A DNA stretch of 64,000 nucleotides from Scyliorhinus canicula. Lineage: Eukaryota. This document shows positions 37,246 through 51,750 of this stretch, one piece after another. Positions within the stretch are counted from its first letter, which is position 1; every line of letters starts with the position of its first letter. A program made the position numbers and the translations under genes. The notes beneath the pieces are model-generated. The model was given only the letters and a program-made list of their open reading frames with translations. It did no database searches and was not told where the DNA came from. The stretch is taken from positions 184,181,242 through 184,245,241 of the forward strand of contig NC_052151.1 of NCBI RefSeq assembly GCF_902713615.1. Reading direction: 5' to 3'.

Positions 37246-38622
37246 CCCCCCCCCCCCCCCCCCCCCAATGACAGGACAGCACTATGTTTGATAGCTGGTG
37301 GGGATGTACTATGTGAAATGGTTGTAGCTGGGTTGCCTAGTACCATACTAACATCCTCATAGGCGATACTCACCTGCAACAACCTTGAATTTCCTTTCAC
37401 TTATGCTTAGTCGGTCACCTTTTAGTGATCACCCTTTCAGCCTTGGAAAAGAGCATCAATAGGCCATGATGCTTTTTGACTCTTTCCAAAGCCTAAAAAT
37501 TTATGTCCTGCTTTTTTTCTGGAGGCAGACTTGACATCACAGCTAACTGGTAATGTTGTTGACAGGTGCGTGTTATCAACAGGTGTGCAGATAACATGTT
37601 TATTTGACCGTCTGTTCCTCATGGTTCCTCTTTGGAGATTGTATGGCTAGCTGGTGGGGCACAGATGGGGGATTGTGATGTCTAAGTTATACCATTACCG
37701 AATGTGTCAGTCTCCATGAACTTGCTAGCCTTCGCTTCTCCTTCACTTCCATGTGTTCGTCAGTGAATGTATACCAATGCTACAGCAACAATCTCTCCAG
37801 CACAATGTGCATATGTCATGCAAATAGATAGCCTGATCCACATTATCCCATGCTTAGCCCATGAAAACTAATGAGGAATTGTAATTGTGTTTTCCCAAAA
37901 ATTAAACTGATTTAAGCAAACGTGAAAAATGTCTTGCTCTTTAAGTGCAGTCACTGTTATACAGTTAAAATTGGTAGCCAATGTGTCTCAAGTCCAACAA
38001 AGAGTCAATGATAAATAGCCAGTTTTTGGAGGTGTTGGAACAAACCAAACTACTTCCCCAAACTCCTCTTCAAATAGGCTGTCTCTCTTCAGCTTCCACA
38101 ATGACAGCTGCAACAATGTAAACAATAATCTCAAGATGGTGCCAACATGCTCCAGGCTGATATCTTGCACACTCCAGAAACTTGATTTGACCAAAATTAT
38201 TTTCGTCTCTATCCTAATTTACACCGTCCCATTCATCCATTATAATATAAAAGTTTTGAGAGTCACCCAGATTCTAAACATCAGCTCCTTTTCTCTCCAT
38301 AGATGCTGTCAGACCTGCTGAGATTGTCCAGTATTTTGTTTTTGTTCCCAATCATCTATTGTTTAGTGACTAACATTCACTCTCAGTCCAATAGTGCCTT
38401 GATCTTAAAATTCTCATCTTGGTGTTCAGATTTCTCCCTATTTCTGTAACCTTCAGAATTCTGTGTTCCTCCAACTCATAATTCTTTTGCCTTCCCTTCT
38501 CCTTTCCTCACCACTGGCAGTCATAGCCTCAGTCATCTAGGTCCCAAAGCGCTGGAACCACCATCTAAAACGCATTCACTCCTTTAAGGTGCTCCTTGAA
38601 AGATACCCTGTGCAATTCTCGG

Positions 38623-38796
38623 TCTGCAGGATTCTCCGCCCCGCCGGCAGCGCAACCACAGCCACGTGTTTCCCAACGACGTGGGTGGCCCATAATGGGA
38701 AACGCCATTGGCCGGCTGCGGGAATGGAGAATCCCGCTGCCGGTGGGGGCGCGCCATGCCGGAAAACGTTGCTGGCGGGATGGGAGAATCCCGCCC
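38623..38796. mobile_element. GC-rich MITE-like element inside an L2-type tail
   Basis: Imperfect TIRs (GC)AGGATTCTCC ... GGAGAATCCCGCCC; CpG-rich insert in an AT-rich context. Confidence 0.6.
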
Positions 38797-39701
38797 ACTG
38801 TTTTTATCGGTCACCTGTCCCAATGCCACCTCCTTTGGCTTTGTCAATTTTTATTTTCAGATTGTGCTTTTCATGAAGTGTTTTGGCACATTTTACCACA
38901 TTAAAGGCATTATATAAATGCAAACTGTTGTAGATTACCTGTTCAAGTCCTAAAGTGGATTTTATATCAATTATGCGGTCTCAAAGGTGAGATTGTTATC
39001 ACCTCAGCCGAAGACCCAATAAGGTGATTTTCTAACCAGTTGAATCAATAGTCAGACAACCCCAGCATGTCCAAAGTTTCAACATACAACCTCATCAGAT
39101 GAGGCTTCCTATCAGAAACATTGGAAACTGATTTGTATAAATCCTAGCTGGAGATCGGCAGTGCAAGACCACTGGTTCAGTGTGGGGGAAATATTCATTC
39201 AAATGATTGGCTGTTTTTCATTCTGAGGGTTTTGTGACTCCAGCTTAGAATTAGGGAATCTGTGATACGGAGGCTTAGAAAACTGACACTCGGGTTGTGT
39301 GATTTTCAGTGAACTTTAAAAATTTTTTTTTTTAAAAAGAGTACCCAATTCATTTTTTCCAATTAAGGGGCAATTTAGCGTGGCCAATCCACCTACCCTG
39401 CACATCTTTGGGTTGTGGGGGCGAAACCCACGCAGAGACGGGGAGGACGTGCAAACACCACACGGACAGTGACCCAGAGCCGGGATTGAACCTGGGACCT
39501 CGGCGCCATGAGGCTGCAGGGCTAACCCACTGCGCCACCGTGCTGCCCCATTTTCAGTGAACTTAATCTGAAACTACCATCACGGATTGCTAAGAATTTT
39601 CTATTGCCAGGGATGTGGGCTCAAATCCATCTCAAGGTAGTTTAGTCTTTTGCCCAAGGTTTTTAAACAAAATATCCCCAAGTCAGCTTTGATGGTGGTG
39701 C

Positions 39702-39707
39702 TTTATT
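39702..39707 (-). terminator. Candidate NUP43 polyadenylation signal AATAAA
   Basis: First AATAAA on the minus strand, about 140 nt after the stop codon. Confidence 0.55.
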
Positions 39708-39846
39708 GTTTTTGTAAAAAAACAAACAAGTGTGCTTGCCATTCTGCTGCACTCATAGGCAGACAGGTTTTTGGTTTTAACAATGGTACATGTACAGGAA
39801 TTTACATTTGAGATTTATCAAAGACGACTGTGTGGTTTGACGCCTA

Positions 39847-40070
39847 TCAGAGGTCCAGAGTACGGGTAATGTAGATAGCTTCTGCATCAGTCCCACACAC
39901 TAAACGTTCGCCCACAACATCCAAACTATTCACTGACAGGGCATAAGCCCAGAGCAGATTCTCAATATCCACTCTTCCTTTTGCAGCATCCATGGTGAGC
40001 CACGCACTGCTCAATGATTGGTTTATGTCGGCATGGGCAACTGTGCTATTCAATGAGAAGTTTCTTCTAC
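39847..40070 (-). CDS. NUP43: NUP43 exon 8 (last coding exon)
   Basis: tttcttag|GT AGA..; NQSLSSAWLTMDAAKGRVDIENLL..SVNSLDVVGERLVCGTDAEAIYITRTLDL*. Confidence 0.95.
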
Positions 40071-42481
40071 CTAAGAAAATGCAGGAGAAAGAGAGGCGAT
40101 GAGAATAATGTTTTGCATTTATTACAATAAAAGCTCAGGTAACTTCAGAACCATAAATCTTGCACTTCAGTCCAACTACCAAATGACTCTTCAATTTGGT
40201 GCTCAACTATAGTCAAGAGCTTGGTCTACTGTGCATTCAATTCATTCTACATATTGTTACAGTAGCAAACGCACGCACACACACACACATTTTCATCTAA
40301 AGGCTATCTGTAATTCAGATTGATTGAATATAACCTTTGGTTGTCTCAGAGATGGGAACGATAGCTTAGTAGTTATGTTATGGTCAAATCCTACCACGGT
40401 AGCTGGAAAACTTTGGAAAATAAAAAGATACTTTAGGGAACCAGATTCATTTTTCATGAATTTACTTTGCAAGAAGGAAATCTGCCGGCCTTACCCAGAT
40501 TCCGCCTTTATGTGACACCCAATTGTTACAAATAAGAAGCTTAAAAAAATAGTTATGTTTAATTTGCTCGCTGTTTAATTTAAAGGAGGAATGGAAGGGT
40601 GATGTGATCTGTTCCAAATTCTGCCCAACAACAAGCCTGTGTGGATTGGTTGTTAAAGAGGGGCACAGGATGATTTACTGGGAAGAAGGTGTTCATAAGA
40701 GTATCTATGTTGACAGTAGGTAGACTGTCAGTCTCCAAGTCTCTCAAGGAGATCTTAGGATTGTCAGGTTTTATAAAATTTTAGTATAAACTGTCAATTT
40801 AATTCTATGCTACAATGGAGTGGAGGGCCTGGAGGATAGCTAATTGGCATTTCCATCTGGATGCAAGGACCGGAGTCAGTCTTTGTGGAGAGAAGAGTCC
40901 ATAGCAAGCCATCATAGTATTGGGTTACAGGATTTTATAAGATTTTACTAAATCTCACAGACCCAGGTCAGTCTGCAAGAATCTGAGACAGAAATCAGAG
41001 AGGTAGAATCCCTACTGTGCAGGCCATTCGGCCCATCGAGTCTGCACCGGTCCTGGGAAAGAGCACCCCAATTTATTTTTTAAATTTAGAGTACCCAATT
41101 ATTTTTCTTCCCAATTTAGCATGGCCAATCCACCTACCCTGCTCATCTTTGCGTTGGGGTTGAAACCCACGCAGACACAGGGAGAATGTGAAAAGCACCC
41201 TACTTGAGGCCTGGATAGAGTGGATGTGGAGAGGATGTTTCCACTTGTAGGAAAAACTAGAAGCAGAGGACACAATCTCATCCTTTAAAACAGAGATGAG
41301 GAGGAATTTCTTCAGCCAGCGGGTGGCGAATCTGTGGAACTCTTTGCTGCAGAAGGCCGTGGAGGCCAAATTACTGAGTGTCTTTAAGACAGAGATAGAT
41401 AGGTTCTTGATCAATAAGGGGAATCAGGGGTTATGGGGAGAAGGAAGGAGAATGGGGATGAGAAAAATATCAGCCATGATTGAATGGCGGAGCAGACTCA
41501 ATGGGCCAAGTGGCCTAATTCTGCTCTCATATCTTATGGTCTTAAGCCCACACCACCCTATGCCCATAACCCTACCTAACCTTTTTGACAATAAGGGGCA
41601 ATTTAGCATGGCTAATCCAATAGCCTGCCAATCTTTGGACTATGGGAGGAAACCCAAGGACCCGGAGGAAACTCACGCAGATACGGGGAGAACGCGCAAA
41701 GTCCACACAGGCAGCCACCGGAGGCTGGAGTTGAACCCTGGACCCTATGCTAACCACTGTGCCAGCATGCCACCCAAAGAGGTAGCTGGCCCTGCACCTG
41801 AAGCAGAGAAAATGCTGACTATTGTTCACCATGCAGAATGTGGGTGGGAAATCTGCTCAGATTGAATGAAATGTCCACTTAAGGGATGAATGAAAGTATA
41901 ACCATCACATGGAATCGTTGGTCACGTTAAAAGTCACATGGGCTGATTTTTCTGGAGTGTATAGTACAAATTGCCTTAAAAAATAAAGTTTAGTCAATGT
42001 TACCAAACAGGATATGGAAACATCAACTCTCACTGTTTCTGGCCTCCCGCTGATGATCTGGGATGTCATAAAGGAATATTTTCATGGACAAATAATGAAG
42101 TCATCTTTCGGCGCCAGAGCATGGCGACTCTGCTAGCTCTCCCAAACAGATCATCTTTTTACATCTCTTATAATCGTACTAATCTTTTCTATGTATTTAC
42201 ATTGTGGACCTTGTGTTGCCCTTTTATATATTTTCTTTTTCTTTTCTCTTCATGTACTAAATGATGTGTTTGAGCTGCTCGCAGAAAATTACTTTTCGCT
42301 GTACCTCGGTACATGTGACAATAAACAAACAAACAAACTATTTTCCTAACTCTTTTCTTTTTAAAAAATAAATAAATATCCACTTCTCAACATAAGTTTA
42401 CCTGAGCGGAAATATTTAATTTAACATTCTATCCAAGGCCAGAAAACAGCTGCAATTTTGAATCAGTGACTTGGTTCATAC

Positions 42482-42604
42482 CTTGTTGTAGAAAGGAAGG
42501 CAGATCAGGAGTTATAACAGAAGCGTTCCAATGCCACAGTGACCCATCCTCGGAGCAGGTAAACACATGGTCAGGATTGGAGGGGTGAAAATGAACTTCC
42601 CACA
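42482..42604 (-). CDS. NUP43: NUP43 exon 7
   Basis: aacag|TG TGG..CAA G|gtatga; (M)WEVHFHPSNPDHVFTCSEDGSLWHWNAS. Confidence 0.95.
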
Positions 42605-45431
42605 CTGTTAATAAAGGATAGCATACTTTAAGACGCTAGCAGTCTGCCATTCAACTGAATACACTTACAACCAACAAAAACATTGCAGTGACAACCACAA
42701 TCGCACACAGGGGTTGTGGGACGTTGATGCCCCAGCTTGGTTTGGACACAGTCGCCATTTATTTGGAAGAGGAATGTCGAGATTACAGCATGGAGGAGGC
42801 CACCAGTCAGACTATTGTGGCCAGTGCCAGCTACTCCACTGGACCGGTGATATATTGCTCAAGGTCAGGAAGGTCCAAGAAGGATAAACCAGAGATAAGT
42901 CCATTCAATTTGAGTTACAATATGGCGAGTAATGGCACGGGAAATTGTGACACACATGCATCTAGGTGTAGGAAAGACTTAGAGAGAGAAGCATGCACAA
43001 AGTGAACTCAACTGTGTTAAACATCAGCGTGTAACCAGAGATAAATCAGAGCTAAAGAGCAGGGATAACTAGAACATGGACTCGGGCTTAGTTCAGACCA
43101 CATTTTGGAAGTGCTTTTCAAACAATAGGGCATTCTAAGTGGATTTAGAGTCAATTAAATATTTTTTGAGTGTCATCATTATTGGAAGGCAGCAGCCAAA
43201 TTGAGCACAGCAAGATCTCACAAACAGCACGAGAAAACATCCATCTGAGAGGGCGGACAGGGTCCCAGTTCAACATCTCAACTAAAATTTAGCATCTCCA
43301 ACAGTGCAGTGCTCCATCAGCATGGCACTGGAGTGATGCTTAAATAATGTGTTCAGGTTCCTGCAATGGGATTTGAATCCATGGCCTTCTGGCTCAGAGG
43401 CGAGGACGCACTACTGATCTACAACTGATACTTTAAACCTGTTGCAGACAGTGAGGGAGGGAGGACCCAAATAGAGCAACTAATTTTCATGTGCAGTTTA
43501 ATTGTAGATATAAGCACAGAAGTTTATGTCAGTAGAAGTCACCAAAAAACATGTCAGATTCTAAATGTATGCTGGCGGCACTACGACTTCTCAACCTTTC
43601 CACTGTTCTACTCCGGAAAGCCCGTGGTCAATTTTTATTCAGTCCTACATTTATTTACAGAGTGAAACATTACAAGCATATCCCTCCTAACTGAAACTGT
43701 GCTGTGGTGGAATTAAGTTTTCTTTTACGTGTTCAAGTGAAACCCCAATTAATGTCCTCCACCTGCAAATAATTAAACCCAAATGATAGATTATTAACGA
43801 ACACAACCTCCGATTTGTCTTATCTGACATACAGTACAGGATACGCAGAGATTTTTTAAACTAAGTATTTGGAAGAAATAACGCCTGTAGCATTGCACAT
43901 GGAGCCAAGACCAAGTGGAGTATTCAGGATAAACAGGGTTACAGGGTGGGAGTAATTGAAATGGATTTTAAAAAGCAGCAGATTTGGAAAGAATGGAGTC
44001 AGATAAAAAGATTTAGGAAGAGGAGTTGTGAAGGAGAAGGGGAAGTAGACGGGGACGCAAAAAGATGGGAAAAGAGGATTGAGGGTTGGGTGGTGTCTCA
44101 TCAGACAAGTGAAGGTCAGTGCAGAGGGGAGTGGGAGATTGATCGGGGGAGAGGACAAGGAAGGTCAAGGGAGGAGATTGGGCTCCTGTCGTCAAAACAA
44201 TACTCAGTAGATTGGGGAGCAGGTAGTTGTTTAGCTTGGGTGGTTTGACTCCAATCACAGAGTGTGAGGAGATGGATAATGTGGGCAAAATGGGGGAAAG
44301 AGGCGGCTGCAATCGCTGGAGTAATGCTCAGTGGGCTGATGGTGCAGATGGCTTCAAAAATCTCAGTAAAATAGGTTCTTCAGACTTTCAGATCCCCTGG
44401 GAATTCAAATGGATTCTTCAGTGAGCTCTAGGCACAAGGTAAGACTCCCTTAAACCAAACCATCAGTAAGCGGCACCAATCATCATTAATAACTTAACCA
44501 ATGGTAATTGTGCAAGTATTACTACTGCTGCCCAAGTATCAATTTGTCATTAAAACAGATCGTCAAAACCTATTTGTAAGCTTGTGCCACGGAACTGTTG
44601 GAAACTGAGTGCAGATAAGCTTCTTCCTTATCTTCGTTCATCTCACCCCATCAGTGTATCCTTCTATTCCCCTTCATGCAGTTATCTAACTTCTCCTTAC
44701 ATGCATTTATTTATTTCAAAAATAAAAATTTTTTTTTTTTTTTTTTTTTAAAAAGAGTACCCAATTATTTTTTTCCAATTAAGGGGCAATTTAGCGTGGC
44801 CAATCCACCCATCCTGCACATCTTTTGGGTTGTGGGGGTGAAACCCACGCAGACACGGGGAGAATGTGCAAACTCCACACAGACAGTGACCCAGGGCCGG
44901 GATTCGCAACCCGGGTCCTCAACGCCGTAGGCAGCGATGCTAACCACTATGCCACCGTGCTGCCCTTTTACATGCATTTATAACAGTAATAATAATAATC
45001 GCTTATTGTCACAAGTAGGCTTCAATGAAGTTACTGTGGAAAGTCCCTGGTCGCCACATTCCGGCGCCTTTTTGGGGAGGCCGGTACGGGAATTGAACCC
45101 GCGCTGCTGGCATTGTTCTGTACTACAAGCCAGCTTTTTAGCCCACTGTGCTAAACCAGCCGGCATTTATGGTTTTTGACTCAAATGCTCTCTTTGGTAG
45201 CTAGTTCCACATTCTCACCACTCTCTAAATAAAGGCACTTTGAAAATAATACAATGAAACATAAATGCATTTACTTTAATGCCTATCTGTCAATTCTGGG
45301 TTATTATTCCCATCACTTGCCCTACCCCACCCAAAGAAAAAGACTGAAGGGAGTTCACTGGATATCAAAACATTTGTGCTGAAAATTCCCAGCAGTTAGA
45401 GGGTGGGAAAAATAACAAGAAACAAACATAC

Positions 45432-45583
45432 TTTCTGCAGAATGAGCATCCAGTAAGGAGATGGGTATACTTCCTTGCCGGACATCCCAGATACAGAATG
45501 TTCCATCCTGGCCGCCTGTCGCCACTATATGTTGCTGGTTTGGATGTCTGTCTACACAGTGCAGTGGCACTCGGTCGCCAGTC
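45432..45583 (-). CDS. NUP43: NUP43 exon 6
   Basis: ttcccag|G ACT..GAA A|gtatgt; TGDRVPLHCVDRHPNQQHIVATGGQDGTFCIWDVRQG..SLLDAHSAE. Confidence 0.95.
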
Positions 45584-46689
45584 CTGGGAACCAACAAACA
45601 GTGGCATTAAAGAAAAAACAGAGTGAGTAAGCACACACTTCTATTAACCTTGTACTACAACAAAGAACAATTAAGCACAGGAACAGGCCCTTCGGCCCCC
45701 CAGGCCTGCACCAATCACGTGTCCTATCTAGAACAACTGCCTGTATCCTTCTATACCCCGTCTGTTCATGTGCCAATCCAATGTTCAGATGTGTTAGAGA
45801 ACTTGAAAACAATGAAAAGTTTTATCAGTTAATGTCAAGAAATGTTTCAATTTGTGAATGAGAATAGAACCAAGGGAACATCAGTATGACAGACAGTCAT
45901 TAATAAATCTAATCGGAAATTCAGGAGAAGCTTCTTCACCCAGAGAGTGGGGAACTCAGTACTGTCCAATTGCCTACATTACAGCAGTGACTGCACTTCA
46001 AACACACTTCACTAGCTGTAAAGTGATTTGGGATATCTGGAGGGGTGAAAGAATTACAGAATCCCTAAAGTGCAGAAGGAGGCCATTCGGCCCATCGAGT
46101 CTGCAGAGCCCTTAGAAACAGAACCCTACTTAAGGCCACACCTCAACCCTATCCCCGTAACCCAGTAATCCCACCTAACCTTTTGGACACTAAGGGGCCA
46201 TTTATTATGGCCAATCCACCTACCCTGCATATCTCTGGACTGGTGTGTTATAAATACATGTTTGTTGTATTCTTTTTTCGAGAGGAACCTGTCATTGGTT
46301 TAACAACAAAGGTTTAACACAGGTTCAACATAAATCAATGAAGGGAGGGGGGGTCTGGACATTTATTCTTTCATGCAGGACGTAAAATGTTCAACATGAG
46401 AGAGGTGGAAACTGAATCTTTAACTTTCAAAAGTAAATTTGCTATTTTGTTTAAAAAGCTATGGGGGTGGGCGGCATGTGGTGCAGTGGTTGGCACTGGG
46501 ACTGCGGCTCTGGGTTCGAATTCTGGCCCTGGGTCACTCTCTGTGTGGAGTTTGCACATTCTCCCCATGTCTGCGTGGGTTTCACCCCACAACCCAAAGA
46601 TGTGCTGGTTAGGTGGATTGGCCAGGCTAAATTGCCCCTTATAATTGGGTACTCTAAAATTTAAAAAAAAGCTATGGGGAAAGAACAAA

Positions 46690-47660
46690 CAAAGAAAAGT
46701 ACAGCACAGGAACAGGCCCTTCGGCCCTCCAAGCCTACGCCGACCATGCTGCCCATCTAAACTAAAATCTTCTACACTTCCGGGTCCGTATCCCTCTATT
46801 CCCATCCTATTCATGTATTTGTCAAGATGCCCCTTAAATGTCATTATCGTCCCTTCTTCACCACCTCCTCCGGCAGCGAGTTCCAGGCACCCACTACCCT
46901 GTGTGTAAAAAACTTACCTCGTACATCTCTTCTAAACCTTGCCTCTCGCACCTTAAACCTATGCCCCCAGGTAATTGACCCCTCTACCCTGGGAAAAAGT
47001 CTCTGACTATCCACTCTGTCTATGCCCCTCATAATTTTGTAGACCTCTATCAGGTCGCTCCTCAACCTCCTTTGTTCCAGTGAGAACAAACCAAGTTTAT
47101 TCAACGTCTCCTCATAGCTAATGCCCTCCATACCAGGCAACATCCTGGTAAATCTCTTCTGCACCCTCCCTAAAGCCTCCACATCCTTCTGGTAGTGTGA
47201 CGACCAGAATTGAACACTATACTCCAAGTGTGGCCTAACTAAGTTCTATACAGCTGCAACATGACTTGCCAATTCTTATACTCAGTGCCCCGATCAGTGA
47301 AGGAAAGCATGCCGTATGCCTTCTTGACTACCTTCTCCACCTGTGTTGCCCCTTTCAGTGACCTGTGAACCAAGATCTCTCTGACTGTCAATACTCTTGA
47401 GGGTTCTACCATTCACCGTATATTCCCTACCTGTATTAGACCTTCCAAAATGCATTACCTCACATTTGTCCGGATTAAACTCCACCTGCCACCTCTCCGC
47501 CCAAGTCTCCAAACAAACTAAATCCTGCTGTATCCTCTGACAGTCCTCATCGCTATCCGCAATTCCACCAACCTTTGTGTCGTCCGCAAACTTACTAATC
47601 AGACCAGCAGACCAGTTACATTTTCCTCCAAATCATTTATATATACTCCGAACAGCAATG
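46690..47660 (-). mobile_element. CR1-type (HER1-like) LINE 3' fragment
   Basis: KFADDTK, WAERWQVEFNPDKCEVMHFG and LEYSVQFWS..RFTRMLPG motifs. Confidence 0.85.
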
Positions 47661-48812
47661 GTGGGAATGCAAACCAAATACACGTAACAATGGGCTGAAC
47701 AGCTCCCTTCTGTGCAGCAAAATGTTATGCAGGATTTAGATGTGTAAACGTGGAAACATCTTTCAAAAGTGCAATCCAACATTGCAGGATACTGTCACAC
47801 CTCCTGCATTGGTTGATGTCCCAGTGGTGTGTCCAGTACCGATTGCAGAGACCGGACGGCTCTGGATTTAAAGTCTTTACTTTTCTCACAAAGAAGGGCG
47901 GGCCTGTAATCTCCAAGGTCTAACTATGGGGGCAGGATTGGCTTTTGATTTGAATTGTTTCCCTTTTGGCCAGGGCTCGGGGGGGTCGGGGGGTGCTGCA
48001 GCTGCTACGACTTCTATAGGATTTCCTGTTAATTATGGCAGACTTCTTCCAACTAACCACAGGAGACCCAGGGACAAGCTACAATAGTTTATTCATGATG
48101 CTAGCAGGGAGGCAACCTCTGGAGATGCACTCTCCTCTGATGCAGCTCTCGCAGCTCTAACACACAGCAACTCAGGGAGAGCATTCTAATACAAGTCACA
48201 GACACAGTCTGCTGTACAATTAGCCAGTACACAAAACACTGTTTTAAAAATTCCAATCTTGCCTAGGTAGGTTTATTATTAAACCTTCACCCAAAGGCTT
48301 GTCTTTAAATCACCTGGTGAGGAACTGTCTGTTCTTCTAACAAATAAACAACCTTGCTGGTGAGTTCCGCTGATATTAGGACCTTGAGGTATAGCATTTG
48401 ACTAGCATGTGATTTTATGCTAATGCAGGGATGTTAGATCTTTCCTCCCTTTACTAAATCTACAGGATTTCCCGTTGATTATGGTATTCCAGTCAATTGA
48501 AAAGAAATAACCATAACATGATACATGTTCCCCCACTACCATAGTATTCTAAAAACTGTTTAATGATGAGTTCAACTCAAAAGTTAAACGAACAGCCTGC
48601 TGTGCATTTCTACTGCTCCTTTTATTTTTATGAATATTGCAGATATGCAGAGCTCGAAAATGTTTCTACAATTGCAATTATAGATACTTAACTATATCAT
48701 TTTAATTTTCTATCCTGTTGCACTGTCTTACGTCATCTGTTGTGGCTTTGTATACGTACATTTCCTACACCTAGTGCAAGCTTAAGGAGAAACGTGCAAC
48801 GGTTGAACTTAC

Positions 48813-48948
48813 AAAGAATATATCTGACGAGGATTATTTCCTGGCTCTCTGAAGTCCCAGATTTTCAACTGTCCAATTGAGTTGACTGTCAAAATTTCTG
48901 TGGTTCGCAGGAAGGTGACTGCATTGAGTGAACTGCTGTCAGCATTGT
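48813..48948 (-). CDS. NUP43: NUP43 exon 5
   Basis: ctttccag|AC AAT..TCT TT|gtaagt; (D)NADSSSLNAVTFLRTTEILTVNSIGQLKIWDFR. Confidence 0.95.
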
Positions 48949-49132
48949 CTGGAAAGAGAAGGGGCAAGCCTTGGTGTTCAGATTCATTTACAAACAACCT
49001 TATGTTAAATAGAAGATGAGCTTCTTAAAGTCAATGCTACTATTGTTCGACAGTAGAGGCTCTTGAGACAGAGCCATTAGTTGTTGGAAACCAGTTTGCA
49101 TTTTGCAAGATTAATGTACTGAGCAGGTGCCA

Positions 49133-49420
49133 GCTGTGGCTCAGTAGGGAGGCACTCTCTCTTCCAAGTCATGAAGATTGTGGGCTCAAGTCCTACCCCA
49201 GGCCCCTGAGCACAAAATGAGGGAGTGCTGCACTGTTGTAGGTGCTGTCTTTTGGATAAGATGTTCAACGAGGGCTCAGTCTCTCAATGGCTGCAAAAGA
49301 TGCATTAGTCAAAGAGTAGATAAGAGCACTCCAGTGAACACCGCAGCCACCACCTAAAAACAGATCATATGGTCATCATTGCATTTGTTTGTGGGAACTG
49401 GCTGCGCACAAGTTACCATT
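49133..49420 (+). mobile_element. DeuSINE-like (SacSINE1-type) old SINE. Other copies: ~5330-5590 (-), ~43160-43420 (-), ~59278-59790 (+)
   Basis: tRNA head TGGCTCAGTAGG..GGCTCAAGTCC followed by a GAGGGAGTGCTGCACTGT..GGTGC.GTCTTT Deu-domain-like sequence. Confidence 0.6.
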
Positions 49421-50169
49421 TTGGCACCAGTGGACTGATGGTTTCTCATCGTCACTGGGTATCCCTCGTCACTGACATTCACAATTTTCATCAGCCAGTT
49501 GTGCAAATACCCATCTGACACTAATCAAGAGCATATACAGTTGAATACCAATTTAAATAAATTCTTTCCCCAAATATTTCCAACCTCCTTTCCTCTTAAA
49601 CTCATAAAAGCCTCTCTCTCAAACCAAGCCTTTGTTTGCCTGTCTCTGTGACGGTCAAATTTTGCCCGATTACATTCTCGTGAAGCACTTTGTGACATTT
49701 AAACTATGTTAAAGTCACCACACAGATGTAAATTGGTTTCAAAAATAAATCCTGTTTCGAGAGAACAGGCAATAGAGGACGTTGAAACAATCACAGAATC
49801 CCTAAAGTACAGAAGCAGGTCATTTGCCCATTGGGTTTGCACTGACCCGGTGAAAGAGTACTTCACCAAGCTCATTCCCCAGCCCTATCTCATTTACCCC
49901 TTAATCTCACCTCCCCATCTTTTTGGACAAGGGACAGTTTCCCATAACCAATCCACCTAACCTGCACATCATTGGGAGGAAATCGGAGCACCCGGAGGAT
50001 ACCCACACAGCACGGGGAGAAAGTGCAAACTCCACACATTCACACAGACAGTGACCCAAGGCCGGAATGGAACCCAGGTCCCTGGCACTGTGAGGTAATA
50101 GTGCTAACCATTGTGCCGCCGTAACAATGGAACAAGTAACGGTGAAGGCCAAATCTATAGGGAACTGGG

Positions 50170-51750
50170 TGGAGTACAAAATACCTCTCTGTAAAGTTGG
50201 TAATCCATGAGGGAGGAGCAAAACACTTTTATCATCAACTGTCTTTGTCCTATAGAGAGAGTTTCACTGGTGTGATGGCGAAGCTACCAAATTCAGAAAG
50301 GGCTTGAGAGAGTAGACGCTGAGATAGTTTCCGCTGTTTGGGCAGCCTCGAACAACAGGGACACAGTCGCAGGATAAGGAGCCAATCATTTAGGACTGAG
50401 ATGACGAGAAATTACTTCACTCAAATGGTTGTGGATCTTTAGAGCTCTCTACCGCAGAGGGTTGTGGATCTTTGGAGCTCTCTACCGCAGAGGGTTGTGG
50501 ATCTTTGGAGCTCTCTACTACAGAGGGTTGTGGATGCTACATCATTGAATACATTGAATGCAAGATTGAGATAGACAGATCTTTGGTGTCTCAGGAAATT
50601 AACAGATATGGGAACGGGCGAGAAAATGGAGCTGCAGCCTAAGATCAGCCAAGATCATACTGAATGGCGGAGAAGGCTCGATGGACCACATGGTGTGCTC
50701 CAGCAACCATTTCGTGGGTCCATGAGATGGTCAGCTGCACAACCCAAGAACCCGATTTCTCCATTTGTGCAAGTTTCTTGGCTGATACTCCAGTGTTGCA
50801 CAGAACAAGTCAAATTGGAAGAATGAACTGAAGGCACTGTTGCTAAGTTGCAGATGATACAAAGATCTGTAGAGGGACAGGTTGTATTGAGGAAGCAAGG
50901 GGGCTGCAGAAGGACTTGGACAGGCTAGGAAAGTGGTCAAAGAAGTGGCAGATGGAATACAATGTGGAAAGGTGGGAGGTAATGCTGTTTGGAAGGAAGA
51001 ATGGAGGCATAGACTATTTTCTAAGTGTGGAAATGCTTACGATATCAGAAGCACAAAGGTACTTGTGAGTCCTTGTCCAAGATTCTCTTAAGGTTAACAT
51101 GCAGGTTCAGTCGGCAGTTAGAAAGGCAAATGCAATGTTAGCATTCATGTCGAGAGGGCTAGAATACAAGAGCAGGGATGTATGTCTGTGGCTGCATAAG
51201 GCTCTGGTCAGAACCCATTTGGAGTATTGTGAGCATTTTTCAGTCCCGTATCTAAGGAAGGGTGTCCTGGCCTTGGAAAGGGTCCAGGGGAGGTTCACAA
51301 GAATGATCCCTGGAATGAAGAGCTTGTCATATGAGGAATGGTTGAGGACTGTGGGTCTGTACTCGTTGGAGTTTAGGAGGAGGGGGGGGATCTTATTGAA
51401 ACTTACAGGATACAGCGCGGTCTGGATAGAGTGGACGTGGAGAGGATGGTTCCACTTGTAGTAAAAACAAGAACCAGAGGACACAATCTCAGACTAAAGG
51501 AACGATCCTTTAAAACAGAGATGAGGAGGAATTTCTTCAGCCAGAGGGTGGTGAATCTGTGGAACTCATTGCCACTGAGGGCTGTGGAGGCCAAATCAGA
51601 GTGTCTTTAAGACAGAGATAGACAGGTTCTTGATTGATAAGGGGATCAGGGTTTATGGGGAGAAGGCAGGAGAAAAATATCAGCCATGATTGAATGGCAG
51701 AGCTAACTTGATGGGCCGAGTGACCTAATTCTGCTCTTATGGCCTTATCT
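50170..51750 (+). mobile_element. Two adjacent CR1-type LINE 3' fragments; includes a 33-bp triplication at ~50427-50535
   Basis: KFADDTK-like motif, VRKANAMLAF..LEYK and LEYC.HF motifs, and CR1 tails. Confidence 0.8.
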
